A program made the position numbers and the translations under genes. The notes beneath the pieces are model-generated. The model was not told the origin of the DNA, ran no database searches, and saw nothing but the letters and a program-made list of their open reading frames with translations. Below are positions 25,002 through 38,741 of a DNA stretch of 64,000 nucleotides, one piece after another; the first letter of the stretch is position 1, and each line of letters begins with the position of its first letter. The DNA comes from Lama glama (taxonomy: Eukaryota). The stretch is taken from NCBI GenBank assembly GCA_028534125.1, contig CM052818.1:28584001-28648000 (forward strand), written 5' to 3'.

Positions 25002-27209
25002 TCCTAACAATGCTATTGTTAAAATTTTGCGAACAGGAGCAATCATTTTGAAGTTAAATCAACATCTCTACTCTACTCAGGAAAGTGTTTCTCAACTTGT
25101 TTTCCAAACTAACACACTGGTTTCCAGATCATATAATTAAAAGTGCTGAGATGCCCAGAAATTAATGAAGAATGTTGTAAGCACCCAGCAGAATGAACAT
25201 TTTTATGGCTCTTGTGCACAAAGCACTTCAGGCTAATTATTTTCAGGCCAGCTAGTGAATGAAAAGTTGTCCTGAGAGAATACTCATTTCTATGACCTAT
25301 CGTGATCCCTTCTTATTCAGAATCTATGGAGCTACCTCAGAGGTAGTTCTGTTAGGCTTTTCAACATTTTTGGCTCAGAGAAGCATCTAATGAATTAATT
25401 TTAAGTTTTCCCTGAACCGTGTCCTTTCACTTCCTGATCTTACAATATCCAAGGCCAGGACAGGGGTAATATAAAGTTAATTTTCCAGAATGGCCTGGCA
25501 CAGCTATTCACAGAACTAAGTTCAGTCCAAGGACTGAACACTTTGGACCAACCAGAGAAAGCTAAGGGATTCCAAATTCAGTTTGGGTCCAAAGTCTCTG
25601 CTGTGGGGCCATCACTTCTGACAAGAGAATTGACTGACTTAATACCCTCTACAAACGATGCCTGACTTCCTGTAACATACTCACATGTGCACACAGAGTT
25701 TTTCCTTAAAAAAAGATACTTTTTCCTTAAAAAATGATATGCGCTGTGTAGTATTTTTTGTAAAAAGGTAGTAAATTTACAGGGCTAGCCTCTTTTTTTT
25801 TTTTTACATTCAAGAAAAAAAAATTGTGAGTTTGAGTTTATAGCCATATGTAATAATGATACAAATCCACTTGTGTCTTAATTTAATGAGGGTCATTGGG
25901 ACTTAAAACCACCCATTTTCCTTCTGTGTGGCAATTCTATTGGTAAAACTGCCTTAGATATTTTAAGTTTTGTTTCTTGGTTTTGAATATGGATAACATC
26001 TGATGATAATGTTTATTACTCATTATTGTGCTTCTCATTTGTCTGAGATTAGAATTCCTTCACCAATATACTTGGCGTAAGTATGCACATAACGTTTTAA
26101 AATGTTGTTAAATAAAATGTGGCTAGAATTTCTCTGAAATAGTATATTCAAAAAGTGGAAAGTATTGGTATCACAGACAAATGTTCTTTGAACTCCTTGT
26201 GTGACCCAATCAGGGTAATCACTCTGAGCCTGATTTTCTAATCTGCAGAATGGGAATAACAGTAACTAGCATGCAGAAATCTTTTGAATATTAAATGAGA
26301 AAATGTACATGCACTCATTGCTTAGTAACTGGTAGTAATTTTATCTGTAAAGGTTCTCAATGATGTTTATTTTATGTCTTATGATGATTATAACTGACAA
26401 TTCATTAAATTAGATTCTTTATGTGTGTGAAATTTATTTAACAAAAGGTTTGCCTTACAAAATAAGTAAATCAAAATAAATACACTACTAAAATAAATCA
26501 AGCACAGTTATAATGCACAGGTTGCAATAATCTGAACTGGACATTTTATTGATGGAAAAATTTGATCAAATTTCCCTCTTTATATCTTGATGTCTTACCC
26601 TGTGCCTTATATGACTTTTTCCTCTCTCATGAGAAAAAAAATGTTTAAATAAAATTCATCCTATGAAAATCTGTAGGCACTTTTTGAAGAAATAAATTTC
26701 ATATATTAGCAAAGTAGAATATAATGCTTGCAAAACTTTTCTGGGATAACTCTCTGCTTACAGTTGTGCCTCCTGGCCACTTAATGTTGATATTAAGAGT
26801 CAGAGAGGTATGACATTATTAACCCTCCTCAAAAGAGATAAGAAACCTGTGATAGGAGACCAGACCTACCAATCATTTCTGCTACAAGTGAGATTATAAA
26901 AAGGATTAGAACATCTTTCTCCTTGAGGCTCATGCCAGGCTACAGGCAAAACATTAACTTTGTTCTTATTTTAATACAGTATCAGTTCCAGTCCTATATT
27001 TTCTTGATCAGTTGAACAAAAGAAACACACACAGTCTTACACACACACACGCACACATACTTACTCATACACACACCTCATAAAAGAACAAGGTTGTATA
27101 CATGAATGTTTGCTAATGTTGTCTTGAAAAGATAAGACAGCAGAGCAATTAAAAAAAAAAAAACCTTTAGAACAAACCAAAACTTCTGTGATCTTACTGG
27201 AGTAGTAAA

Positions 27210-28297
27210 TAAGAGAAAATTTATAGTACAAAATGCTTGTTAGTAAAGAGCAAAAGGTCTGAAATCAGTGACCTTAGCATCTACCATAAAAATCTGAAAA
27301 GAAGACCAAATAGAAAGCAAAGTAACCAAAAGAAAGGAAATACTAAAGACCACAGTCAATGTATAAAGAGTATAAATTAATGAAATAGAAAACAGAAAAA
27401 AAAATAATTAAACCAAAATCTGGTTCTTTGAGAAGAAAAACAAAATTCATATGCTTTTGACCATGTAAATTAGATAACAAGATAAAAGAAACAAATTATC
27501 AATATCAGGAATAAGAGAAAGGATATCATGATATTCTATAAATATTAAAAGGATTATAAGGAAACAGTATGAACAACTTATGCCTATAAATGTGATAAAT
27601 GGACGAATTCCTTTAAAGGTACAAACTATCATAGACCACTGGAGAAGAAACAGATAAACTGAAAAGTCCTACAGCTACTAAAGTCATTGAATTTATTGTT
27701 AGATCTTCTCACAAAGAAAACTCAAGCCCCAGATGACTTCACTGGTGAATTCTTCCAAACATTTAAGGAAGAAATAGTACCAGTTCTACAAAAAAAACTT
27801 TCCAGAAAATAGAAGCAGAAGGTATACTTCCTGACACTTTCTAACATTTAACAGCATTACTCTAGTATCAAACCTGATATTTGGAAAAATATTTGAATGC
27901 TGACATACTTCCATTACAAGAAAATAACAGACTAATACCCCTGACAATCATAATTGCAAAAATACTACACAATAACAAATAGAATTCAAAAATATATAAG
28001 ATAGATAATACATCATGACTTCATTAGATTTACCCCAGGAATGTAAATTTGGTTTAACAATTAAAAATCGATCATTGTAATTTACCACATTCACAAGTGA
28101 AAATTATAAAAACTGTATGAGCATCTCAACAGATGCATAAAGAGCTTTTTAATAAATCCAACATCTTTGTCTGATAAAAACTCTGAAAAATAAGCAGATA
28201 AAAGAATGTCTTCAATGTGATTAAGGGCATCTACAAGAACTCACAGCTAACATCATTCTGAATGGTAAAAGACTGAAAGCTTTCCCTCCTAAGAACA
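27210..28297 (+). mobile_element. Old degenerate L1M ORF2 fragment
   Basis: About 27718-27790 translates as KTQAPDDFTGEFFQTFKEEIVPVL (L1 'PGPDGFT.EFYQTFKE'). Also 'atctcaacagatgcataaagagc' and 'ctgaatggtaaaagactgaaagctttccc'. Many stops. Confidence 0.9.
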
Positions 28298-29912
28298 CAA
28301 GCATACCATTTCAAAAATGTCCCAGTTTAGTTAATGTGATCTCCTCACAATCACAGACAATATTAACTGCTCTGTATCTTACACATATGTCCCTTATTAC
28401 TGACTCATTATCTCTGTAAGGAGCATATTATCATCACTATTTTACAATGAGTACGCTGAGGAGCAGGGAGGTTATGACCTGAGATCACACAATCAGTTAG
28501 TGATTGAGCCTGATGGATTTCGAAACCCAGGATTTTAGACATTTGTTAAGAAGAGAATTTTCTCACCACTTTATTAAGATCATGTTTCAAAGATTCTGAT
28601 ACCATAATAGTGAGCTGATATTCAAAATTAAAACATTTCTTTAAATAATTCTGATTTAAATATAATTCAAAGGAAAATTTTCCCAAATTTTCTATAATCT
28701 TTAATTGACCTAATTCATAGTTTTTATATAAATATTTGGAACAATTAAATAAAACAATATTCCAGGAGCACTAAAGTTGTAGTATAGAAAGTACTAGACA
28801 CTATCAGATTTTAAAATCAATTAATGTTTTGTTAACAGAGTTATCAAATTATTAACTGTAATAGTTATACAAGGGCTCTAAGATTAAAAAAAAGATAATA
28901 AAAATTGTACATGAAAAGTGTTATTAAAGAATAAACCCCAGAAAGTTTAAGACCTCCTAAAACGCAATTTTGCTTTATTCTTTTCTTTCATAGTTTCTGC
29001 TTTGTTTAGCCATTTTGCTGTTTTAATTAAAAGTTAAAATACTGTAGACAAAATGTTCAGCATTTTTCTGACAGTATTCAAGTAATTACTCTGACAAAGT
29101 TTTATATTTCCTTGAAAAAGTTAAAGCAATGTAGAAATTTAATGATATCCATAAAGAAATATGTGTCTAATTAAAATACCGGGGATCAATGAGTTTGGGT
29201 CTCAGATCAAAAAAAGAAAATAAGAATGGTCCAGGAACTCATAATATTTTCCAAATCAAGGTGTATTAATGTACATCTGAAAATTCTTTAAAATGAGGAG
29301 TAAGTTTAATTAACTTACCAAAGGGGGAACACAGGATATAATAATATAAGAAGTGACTTTGTGTTTTATATTATATACATTTTTCTCTTTTTAAGATACC
29401 CTCCTTTTTTTTTTTTTTTTAGAAATTGGGGAATAGAACTACACCTAAATCTTGGGTTCATCACTTATCAGCTACACACATATGAGTATTTTTCTCACCT
29501 TAATTTTCTCATCTACATGAGCAGAATAATACCAAGTCTCAAGGATATTGTAAAGATTAACACTAAGCATTTAGCACCTGCCTAACAATCAAGAAAGAGT
29601 ATTGTCATTTTCATTATTGTACTTGCAGGGTTTTATTATTATACTTCCTTCCTAAAATAATATAATTATAGAGGTCACCTAGACCAATTTCTAGACCAAC
29701 GTAGGAAATTTCTTCTTCCACAACATGCTTCAAAGGAAACAAGTATTTTAAGAGAAGTTATTACATAAACGAAGAACGCATATTCAGTTTTGCTTGAGAG
29801 AGCACAGAACTAGAGGAACAGTTATGTAAAGTTTCACAGAGAACGATTCTACCTCAACCAAATGAAGAATAACCTGACAGCTAGAACTGGCTAACAGTGA
29901 ATTAGAGGTGGG

Positions 29913-30525
29913 TTTTTTTTTTAATTTTTTGTTTGTTTTTATTTTTAAACATTTTTTACTGAGTTATAGTCATTTTACAATGTTGTATCAAATTCCAGTG
30001 TAGAGCCCAATTTTTCAGTTATATATGAACATACATATATTCATTGTTGCATTCTTTTCGCTGTGAGCTACCACAAGATCTTGTGTATATTTCTCTGTGC
30101 TGCTATACAGTATAATCTTGTTTCTCTATTCGACATATGCCTGTCAGTATCTACAAATTCTGAACTCCCAGTCTATCCCATCCCACTCCCCTCCCCCTTG
30201 GCAACCACAAGTTTGTATTCTATGTCTATTGAGTCTGTTTCTGTTTTGTATTTATGTTCTTTTTTTTTTTTTTTAGATGCCACATATGAGCGATCTCATA
30301 TGGTATTTTTCTTTCTCTTTCTGGCTTACTTCACATAGAATAATATTCTCCAGGAACATCCGTGTTGCTGCAAATGGCATTATGTTGTTGTTTTTATGGC
30401 TGAATAGTATTCCATTGTATAAATATACCACATCTTCTTCACTCAGTCATCTGTTGATGGACATTTAGTCTGTTTCCATGTCTTGGCTACTGTAAATAGT
30501 TCCGCTATGAACACTGGGATGCAGG
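29913..30525 (-). mobile_element. 5'-truncated L1 3' end, same family as 22700-24762
   Basis: Reverse complement aligns by eye with about 24200-24760. T-rich tail at left. Possible degraded TSD aggtgggttttt (29906-29917) / aggtttgttttt (30523-30534). Confidence 0.93.
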
Positions 30526-30629
30526 TTTGTTTTTAAATAGTCAGTCCCCTATTGTACCACTGGTTCAACAGAAGTTGTCTGGTATTAGGTCAGGAATTCA
30601 GAAGGGGAGATAGGATTCTATGATCAAAA

Positions 30630-30715
30630 ACATGCTTATATATCTGAATCACTCTACTGAACATCTGAAGCTAACACAATATTGTACATCAACTACACTT
30701 AAATTTTTAAAAAGT
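30630..30715 (+). mobile_element. Short L1 3'-terminal fragment (older laurasiatherian type)
   Basis: 'ctgaatcactctactgaacatctgaagctaacacaatattgtacatcaactacactt'. Confidence 0.75.
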
Positions 30716-30749
30716 GATTTAAGATAACACAGACATTCCTGTATTTAGT

Positions 30750-31092
30750 TGTTGACCTTAAACAAATAGACTGCCAAATATTTCTCCAGGAAAGATGGGT
30801 TTATTCAGGATCAACAGAGAATTGAGGGTCGGGGTCTATAATATGGCAAGCTCCCACAGTCATGGAAAGGAGGAGGGAGGACTTTTATAGGGAAGAAAAG
30901 GAAGGTGGGAGGGAGGGCTACGTAAGAAAGAGTCCATGGTTTTCACTGGCTCAGTCCTTGACAGGAAAGAAGAGGAGTCTTTCTTCTTCCTATTGGGCCC
31001 TGCTATCATCACAGGGAGTGATAACTCCTCCTCCCACAGCCCCCATTTCCCAATTCTACTTAACTGAGGTTTCTGTGTAATAATTTTTCACA
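30750..31092 (-). mobile_element. ERV1-type solo LTR with 4-bp TSD
   Basis: TG...CA termini. TSD TAGT at 30746-30749 and 31093-31096. Minus-strand CCAAT-like, TATAAAA and AATAAA in LTR order. Confidence 0.88.
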
Positions 31093-32234
31093 TAGTTTAG
31101 TTTTTCTTTTCCTTCCTGAAGTATATGAGTAGGGCCAAACTCACTATTTCAAGATTAAGACTGATTCTCCAGATTTCTTATGAAATAAAGTCTAAACAGC
31201 TTTCATCATAAGATAATAATCTAGCCCTTGCTTCCTTCTCCATGTGTCTATCCTTGTAATATTACTCCTTGAATTTTCCACTCTAGTTCTATTGAGCTGC
31301 TTAAAATTCACCAAATAAATCAGATATTTGACATATCTTTGTGAGAAACTGGGGTTTATCCTACTTAAATCTTCTTTGCTGTTCCTTCCCTGTTTGCCTA
31401 GCAATATCCAGTCATTGCAAGTCAGCTGAACATTCATCTTAAATATGAAGGCTTTCCTGACTCTGACTAAGTAGAAATGAGCTTTGAGGGAAAGGGACAG
31501 AAATTCGGGGGAAAAAAAAACAGAAATAAAGTGTGTTTAGAAAGGAAGTCAGAGGCAGGATCTGGAGATATGTCCTGGTTAGATAATGTAGGAACAAGCA
31601 ACTTGTCCCAGGGAGTCTAAGGGCTTGAGACGACTCATTTATTTTGCATCTACAGTATCTAGAACAGTGCTTGACACATTAATTAAAGAATAACAAATCA
31701 TTTTCAACTTGTCTCACCTATCCAATAAGGGTAAGAAAGTTCACAATTTTTTTAATTTGTTTTGGAAATTAGTTTCAATTAGTTTGACTAAAGGAGAGAA
31801 TTGAAAAAAGAGAATATTAATAGATTAAATCCCTTTTGTACCAGAAATAAATGTTTTACTCTTTCTCATGAACGTGAATGTGTCATATATTGCCTAAGGG
31901 GTCATATTTCCTAAGAATTTTTTTTTCACTTTATCAGTTGTCTATCTGAATATACACATCATGCTCTATTGAAGTAGATACTGACCTAGACCAAACAATT
32001 GGGGTGCCTTAGATATTCAGTCCCTGTTAAACGAATACCTTTACTGTCGAGTCCATTGAGAAGAGGGCTCCTTTTAACAGAAATCAGTTAGGTCCAGAAT
32101 CAAGGTTCCCTAGACTTTAGGGCACGAGAAAGGTGCTGGGAATCTTTTAGTCAACTGTGTTTTATTCAAGGTATGGGTATCTGTGTTTACAGAGACTACT
32201 GCGATGGGGGAACTGTATCTTGGGGAAAAGGCAA

Positions 32235-32723
32235 TGAAAGGAAGGAAAAATACTTTTTCACCTACTCTTCTAGGTTCCTGGCTGACCCCCTATAATAAAA
32301 GATAGATTAACACTAAAAAAAAAAAAACCCAGAAATTTAAAACATGTATACTTCCTGTGTACATGGAGATACCCAGGGAAACTAAGTAACTCCCCAAATG
32401 GCCAAAGAAGATGTTGTAGGGGGTGGTGAGAAGCCAGTTTTAGGAGATTATCAGGCAAAACACAGTAAACAAGGGAATGGTTTTTATCCATGGATGAGAG
32501 TTTCTAGAGACTGTCATCCCTTTTATCCTGATAGACAAGAAGAGATCCTTACAAATAGAGATTTCCCTTATGAAAGTAAATTTATCTTACAAAAGGAAAA
32601 CTTCTATTCAGCTTTCAGAGCTTCTCCTGTGTCTGCTGTTTCTTAAAAAAAAAAAAAAACAGCCTAAAATAACTCTTACGGCAAAGAGACATATTTTGGG
32701 GTGGCAAATTTTACTTTCCTTCA
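32235..32723 (-). mobile_element. MER34-like ERV1 solo LTR
   Basis: Right end 'ggcaaagagacatattttggggtggcaaat' is the reverse complement of the MER34 5' motif GCCACCCCAAAATATG. TG...CA termini. Confidence 0.85.
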
Positions 32724-33301
32724 TCAGTCACTGCTCAGTTCTCAGTCAACTCTATGCCTTTTGCCTCTGAGTTCCAAGAATGGGTGAAATATCTTTCTTC
32801 CCGGAGCCCAAGAACCTGAACTTGCATCTGGGGCAGAGGAAAAGTCTTTCTGCAAGGTGATATGGTAGGGAGGGGGTACACATTCTGATACACAGCTCTA
32901 TTTCTCTCTTATTATTTCCTTTCAAATAACATTTTTGATAATAAAAGGTTTTATTAATTCATATACTCCATTAACGCCTTTCTTCTCAGCATATTTTATT
33001 TGCCATTTACTTTCAAATGCTAGCAATTTTGGCTATACATGACAGTATTAAAGGACTCAGAACAACATGGGCAATGATGTTAATACCTAGCCATAATTAA
33101 ACATTAGCAATAATTACAACCCAATCACTTTAACAGTAAAACAAGGTCTCACAATATCTTTAAAAGCACTTGCTACCCCCCAGACTTACTTGGTCAATAC
33201 TTAGCATTGGTCACTGTTTTATCAGAACTATTTATCACCCTGATAAACTCTTGTAGACCTATGGGTCATTTTTTTTGCATGTTTTAGTAAACATATAACA
33301 T

Positions 33302-33659
33302 TGTAAAATATTAATAAACAGAATCTTTAATTAAATGGAGTCAGGAGACCAGAAGGGGGCAACTCTCACACTCTATGAGGCTAGCAGGGACAAATAGGAA
33401 GAAAGATTCCCCTTCTTTCCTAGCAACAACTCACCCAATGAAAAGCTATGGACTCCTTACTTACTATGGCCCTCCAAACTTCATCTTTCCTTCTATAAGA
33501 CAGTTCTCCTTCCCTTGCTGTACAGGAACTTGCACATGACTCACCATGGTTGCAGACCCTGAACCCTCAACTGCAATTCCTTGTTGATCGCAAATAGTTT
33601 GTTTTGTTTTTGTTTTTTGCTGGAGAAATAAATGGCAGTCTATTAGTCTTAGGTCGACA
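33302..33659 (+). mobile_element. ERV1-type solo LTR, same family as 30750-31092, opposite orientation
   Basis: Starts TG, ends 'ggcagtctattagtcttaggtcgaca', matching the reverse complement of 30750-30780. Shares 'ccaatgaaaa.c.atggactc'. Confidence 0.85.
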
Positions 33660-33874
33660 ATGTCTTCCGAGTTTCCTGAACATGGTACAAACATCTTATC
33701 TATACAAGAAGGTATATCCTATTCTTCAGAGCTTCACAGTATTGCTCTGCTCAGCCTTCTCTATGACAGATCATCATCACAGGATATGTGCTCAGGTGTG
33801 GCAAAGTTACACTTTGATAAGATTTTAGTAGGGCACTTATGAAGAGTTTAAAATATACAAATAAAAGAAGGAAT

Positions 33875-34371
33875 TGTAGGGAAGTAAAAATAATTTTCCC
33901 TCTACCCTTCTAGATTCTTGGCTGAGACCCTCTGTAATAAAAGACAAACAGGAGAAAAACAAACAGAAGTTTAATAACATGTGTAACACCTACAGACAAG
34001 AGAGATACCACGGAAACTAATTACTCTCCCAAGCCACCACCTTAAATACCATCTCTAGCTAAATTAAAAAGAAAATGTTGGGGGTAGGGGAAGCCAGTTA
34101 TGGAAGGTTATGAGGCAAAGCACATTAAACAAGGGTATGGTTGTTTTGCATATTTAAGCCTATTGCCTCCTCCATTGGTAAGCATTTCTAGAGATATTGT
34201 CACCCTCCTCTTCTTGATAAACAGAGGGAAAAACTGTTACAAATGGAGAGTTCCCTTATAAAATGCAAATATCTCTTACAAAAAGGTAACTTCTACTTGG
34301 TTTTCAAAGCTTTTCCTATGTCTGCTCTTTCTTAAAAATAATCAGCCTAAAATAATCCTTATGCCAAAGAG
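33875..34371 (-). mobile_element. MER34-like ERV1 LTR (5' tip missing)
   Basis: Colinear with 32235-32723: 'cttctagattcttggctgagacc', 'cttacaaaaaggtaacttcta', 'cagcctaaaataatccttatgccaaagag'. Confidence 0.85.
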
Positions 34372-34509
34372 TTGGTTTGTATAGCTAGAATCTCATTTTT
34401 ATAAATATTTTTAGATGTGCACACTCATGTAATGAAGCTGTTTCCACATCTGGTCCAGTACCCATTCTACCACTGCCTTGTAATGTGGCCACTATTAAAG
34501 TGGTAGTCA

Positions 34510-34720
34510 GCATAGCAGTTATGATCCCAGGTTCCAATCCCAGTTCTACCCCTCACTAGCAAAGTGATCCTGAGGAACTATTAGCCTACCTATGACTCAG
34601 ACTCCTTACTTCTAAATATAGACAGTAATAGTGCCAACCACAGGAGATAGAGGGGATTAGAAAAATATTTACAACAGCATCTAGAATATAGTGATTATCC
34701 GAGAAGTATTAGCTATTATT
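34510..34720 (+). mobile_element. MIR SINE
   Basis: 'ccaggttccaatcccagttctacccctcactagcaaagtgatcctg' contains the tRNA-derived B box and MIR core. Confidence 0.75.
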
Positions 34721-35699
34721 CAGCTTAAGGAATGCTAGCATTGAGGAAAACTGTTTTCAAACCTCAATGCAGTAAGCAATTGGATGTAGGTTTATTTAGC
34801 AAAGAGTCATCCTTGGGGAATAGACATTCTCATTATTAAATAATCTGATGCTTTGTTTTCCTTTATGGTGTTTCTTCATTCCTTTCTAGAAAGTGTTGGT
34901 TTCTTTTTCAGAAGACGTACCTATATACAGTAACTTTTACCTTTCTACTGTCTGGCCAACATATTTCAGAAACCTCGTCCCAGTCTTCAAAGCCTTATCA
35001 AATTCTCTCCTGATTATTTCAACCTATGGTAAATTCCACCTCCTATGAATACTATTATTTGGTCTATTATTTAGACTACATGTGCTTCTTAATTATGCCC
35101 TTGCTTATACCAGTATTTACAGTGGTTTATTCTAAAGTTGCAATATTTTAAGCGCACATGCTTTGCCTCTCCAACTATATTGAAAGCTTCTTCAAAAGTG
35201 GGATTGAGTGATACAGCTCTCTGAACTTCCACAACACCTGACACAGAGCTGTGCAGAAAATGATTAAGAAAGAAGGAAACAGAAAAACCCTCAGCTGGGA
35301 AGTAGATGCCTGCTTCTGACCTGGGATTATTGAGGGTACAAACTTTCATCACAGACAAAGATAAACAAAACTCACCAAAAAAGAGAGGCAGAGAACAGAT
35401 AACTTCTAAGATCAAAAACTGGAACAAAGCTTCTCCTAAAATGCACATATATTGGGTAGAAATCCAAAGATTTTATTAAGAATCAGTCAGTTTTATTTAT
35501 TTACACACAGGCTTCATGCCATTTTCAGATAAATTCATTCATATGATCACATCATAAATGTTTTTTATTGTGAGGTAGTATTTTTTTTCTAATATTTTAA
35601 TTTTTCCCTTTTTTTCTAGTGTTTACCTTCTCAATTTTCTCTCTCCTTCTCCCTCCTAACCATCAACATAAAGTGAAACTGTGTGAATAATAAATTTTG

Positions 35700-36560
35700 A
35701 CTCAGCCTTCTTCATTTTTTCATTCAACTCTATATAAATTTACACATTAAGTGATAAATAATATAAATTAAAATAACACATTATTTATGTTTCTGCACCT
35801 TGATTTTCTGTCTAAGCTCATAACTCCTATAAAGTCCCTCCATTTCAACTGGCATATATCCCTTGGTGAGGGGAGAATTCAGCCATTTTCTTATTGAGAG
35901 GCATTCATTTGATTCCCATCTTATTTTTTGGTCATTGCAAACAACACTGTAGTAAATATTCCTATCCACCTGATTTCATATACTAATGTTTTCATTTTTA
36001 TGGAAAAGATTTCCATTAATGAGGATGCTGGGCCAAAATATTTTTCAAAGTTAAATTTAATAGATGCTGTCCAAACTCTTATAACACTTAATTTTATTTA
36101 AGGAGTACCCGGAGAGCACTCCTTTCTCCACAGTCCCTTCATCAACAGATGTTATAACTGCTTATTTTTTTTAAATTAATTCCCTCTCCTAAGTATTCTT
36201 TACTTTATTTTGCTGTTCTTGTGGTCAATTTGCCTAATTTTCAGAGTAAAGAAGACTTCAATTATATGTCTACTCAATTTTTGCATTTCTTTGTGTTTGT
36301 AGCTGTTATGTATGTAAGATGCAAATTTTTTGCTAATATATTTTATTAATAAACTGTGCTTTTATTATTACATATGTACTTCCTATCCTGTTCAGAGACT
36401 TTCAACTTAAATTTCCAATAGTCTGCTACTGACTTTCCACTCCTGTTTTTTCTCTTTCCCTTTTTAAAATATTTTGTTTCCTTTGTCTAGTATTCTTTCA
36501 AATGTTTTCTTTAATTATTCATTTTAAATGTGTTTCTTAAAAATAGTTTTATAGCTGTAT
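35700..36560 (-). mobile_element. Old L1ME-type fragments
   Basis: 'cagccattttcttattgagaggcattc...ttgcaaacaacactgtagtaaatattcct...gatgctgggccaaa' are antisense L1 motifs. Confidence 0.6.
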
Positions 36561-36911
36561 TTTGCTTTACAACCTAACATAATAAAAATAAAATCACTGA
36601 TGTGGAAAAGAAACCAAACTGTTTGAAATATTTGTACTCACAGGCACATGATTCTAATGGGGAAAGCTTTTATTATAGACGTTTTTGTTTTCTGGGTCAG
36701 CTCATAAGGTCTTGTTTACTATGGAGAATATAAATGATGGGCAAAGTGAAAAGGGAAGCCAAAGTTTACAGAAAAAGAGATTTGGGAACATGGTGACAAG
36801 AACTGAAGTTCTTTCCTCTACCTCTGAAGATCAACCTAGCTGCTCCTCTTGCATCAACATTCTGCTTGACCCTACAGGAATCTGTGTACAGGATAGCCTT
36901 GAGCTCTGTGG

Positions 36912-37081
36912 TAGAGTGACCAGAGTTAGCAAATAAAAATACTAGATGCTCAGTTAAACTTGATTTTCAGATAAACAATGAATACTTTTTTTTTTTACTG
37001 TTAAATATGTCCCTTAAAAAATTATTACTTATCGAAAATTCAGATTTAACTGGGTGTCCTGTATTTTATCAGGTAACACTA
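36912..37081. mobile_element. MER53 palindromic MITE (second, more diverged copy)
   Basis: 'ttagcaaataaaaatactagatgctcagttaaacttga' ... 'ttcagatttaactgggtgtcctgtattttatc'. TSD not recognisable. Confidence 0.85.
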
Positions 37082-37559
37082 CCTTAATGGAATCTCATGA
37101 CATATAACTATTACAGGCCTATATTCATGATGGGCTAGGCAAGCAACTAGAGACATTATCAGAGGATCCAGTGCACAAGCCAGCAAGGAGCATTTTCTGG
37201 GAAGACTATGGCACTCAGAGGTTTGTAGAGAACACTTCTGCATGATAGGAAAAGGCTACCATTTGACAATGACCCTATATAGGTTTTACTGATCCCCTGG
37301 GCCTCACAATACTTAGAGGAGTTGAACAACTGAACCAAGTTTTCCATGACTCTGAGGCTATTAGAGTTAGAGGAAACCACAAAACAGGTAGACTTCCTTC
37401 AGGTATTTCAGCTACAAACCGGCATCATGCATGCTTCCACATCTGAGGCCATGCCTCAGAGGAGAATTCAACTGGAAATCTATGAATGGTGAACTGCAAC
37501 CACATCCTCCAACTATTATGCTTGAGCCATAATGAGCTAAAAATACATAACTAGTCCCC

Positions 37560-38110
37560 CTCTCAGCCTCTGAAATGCCAGTCAGAACACATAGAACACA
37601 TGTTAGAAACAACTGAAAACCCAAATTTAAAATGATAATAACAGAACTTAAGGAAATTAGAGTTGAGCACAGTACCATGGTTTAAGATAAATGTTCATAA
37701 TTTAACAGTTCACTGGATGAACTGAAATTGGAGACAAGACTGTTGAAACCTGCATTAATGGTCTAGAAGGCAAAAATAGGAGAAAACTATCTCAAGGGGG
37801 AGGCAAAAGATAGAAGGTAATACTGAGGGAAAAGAGAACTTAACGTTGAATAATGAGAACTTCTGAAGGATAAAAATGATGGAGGAGAGGCATTAATTAT
37901 ATCATAACAAACAATATTCCTAAAATAAAGTGCCAGATTGAGAGATTTCACTGAATTTCACACTGAATTATAAATGAAGGACACACATCTAAGTATCATA
38001 CTATAATCCATGCAGAGGAGAAAGTGATGATGCTGACAAGAAATATCTGCAGTACTAGAGGCAAGAAAAGAGCAGACTGGTCTACAGTATGTACAGGCTG
38101 CTGAAAGGGA
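37560..38110 (+). mobile_element. Old L1M ORF1-region relic
   Basis: A-rich sequence with 'gccagattgagagatttcactga' and 'atactagaggcaagaa'-like L1ME ORF1 motifs. Weak. Confidence 0.45.
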
Positions 38111-38204
38111 AGGATTAAGCTCTCAGTAGATTAGATGTAGATCTCCAGCCCCATTCCAGTCTTTATCTGCGTAATCTTATGGTCCACACACCAGGACTCT
38201 GACT

Positions 38205-38741
38205 TGTAAACTGGAATATGCCACCCCAAAATATACCTCTTAGGCATAAAGATAATTTTGAGATGATTATTTCAAGAAACAGCAAACAGAGTAGAAGCTC
38301 TGAAGACAGAACACAAATTTCCCTTCTATAAAGGAAATGTACATTTTGCAAAGGAATTCTCTACTTACAAGGGTGTCTCTGTCTCTGTACCCAGAAGAGA
38401 AGGATGACACTTAGTCATAAGAGACTCATCACTGGAGAAGGCACCACTCCAATCTGTATAATAAACCTCACCCTTGTTAGCTATACTTTTCCTGGTTACC
38501 TTCCCATAACTTGCCTCCCTTTGTCCAGAAGCCCCAAACCCCTTTCCTTAGCCTAAAATGATACAGGAGCCTCAGTCCTAAATATTCCTTTGAGTTACTC
38601 ATGCTTGAATTTCTCGCATGTATACATCATATAGACATGTTAAAATTTTGTTTGTGTTACTCTTGCTAGTCTCTCTTTTGTTACAGAAACCCAGCTGAAA
38701 ACCTACAAGTGTAAAAGAAAAAACATTTTTCCTCCTCTACA
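38205..38741 (+). mobile_element. Complete MER34-like ERV1 solo LTR with 4-bp TSD
   Basis: TG...CA termini. 'atatgccaccccaaaatatacctcttaggcataaagataattttgag'. TSD GACT at 38201-38204 and 38742-38745. Confidence 0.92.

Noticed and set aside
32235..34371. Two same-strand MER34-like LTRs as the paired LTRs of one provirus
   Set aside because: No primer-binding site (TGG...) next to the would-be 5' LTR, no recognisable internal sequence, visible divergence between the copies, and no shared TSD.
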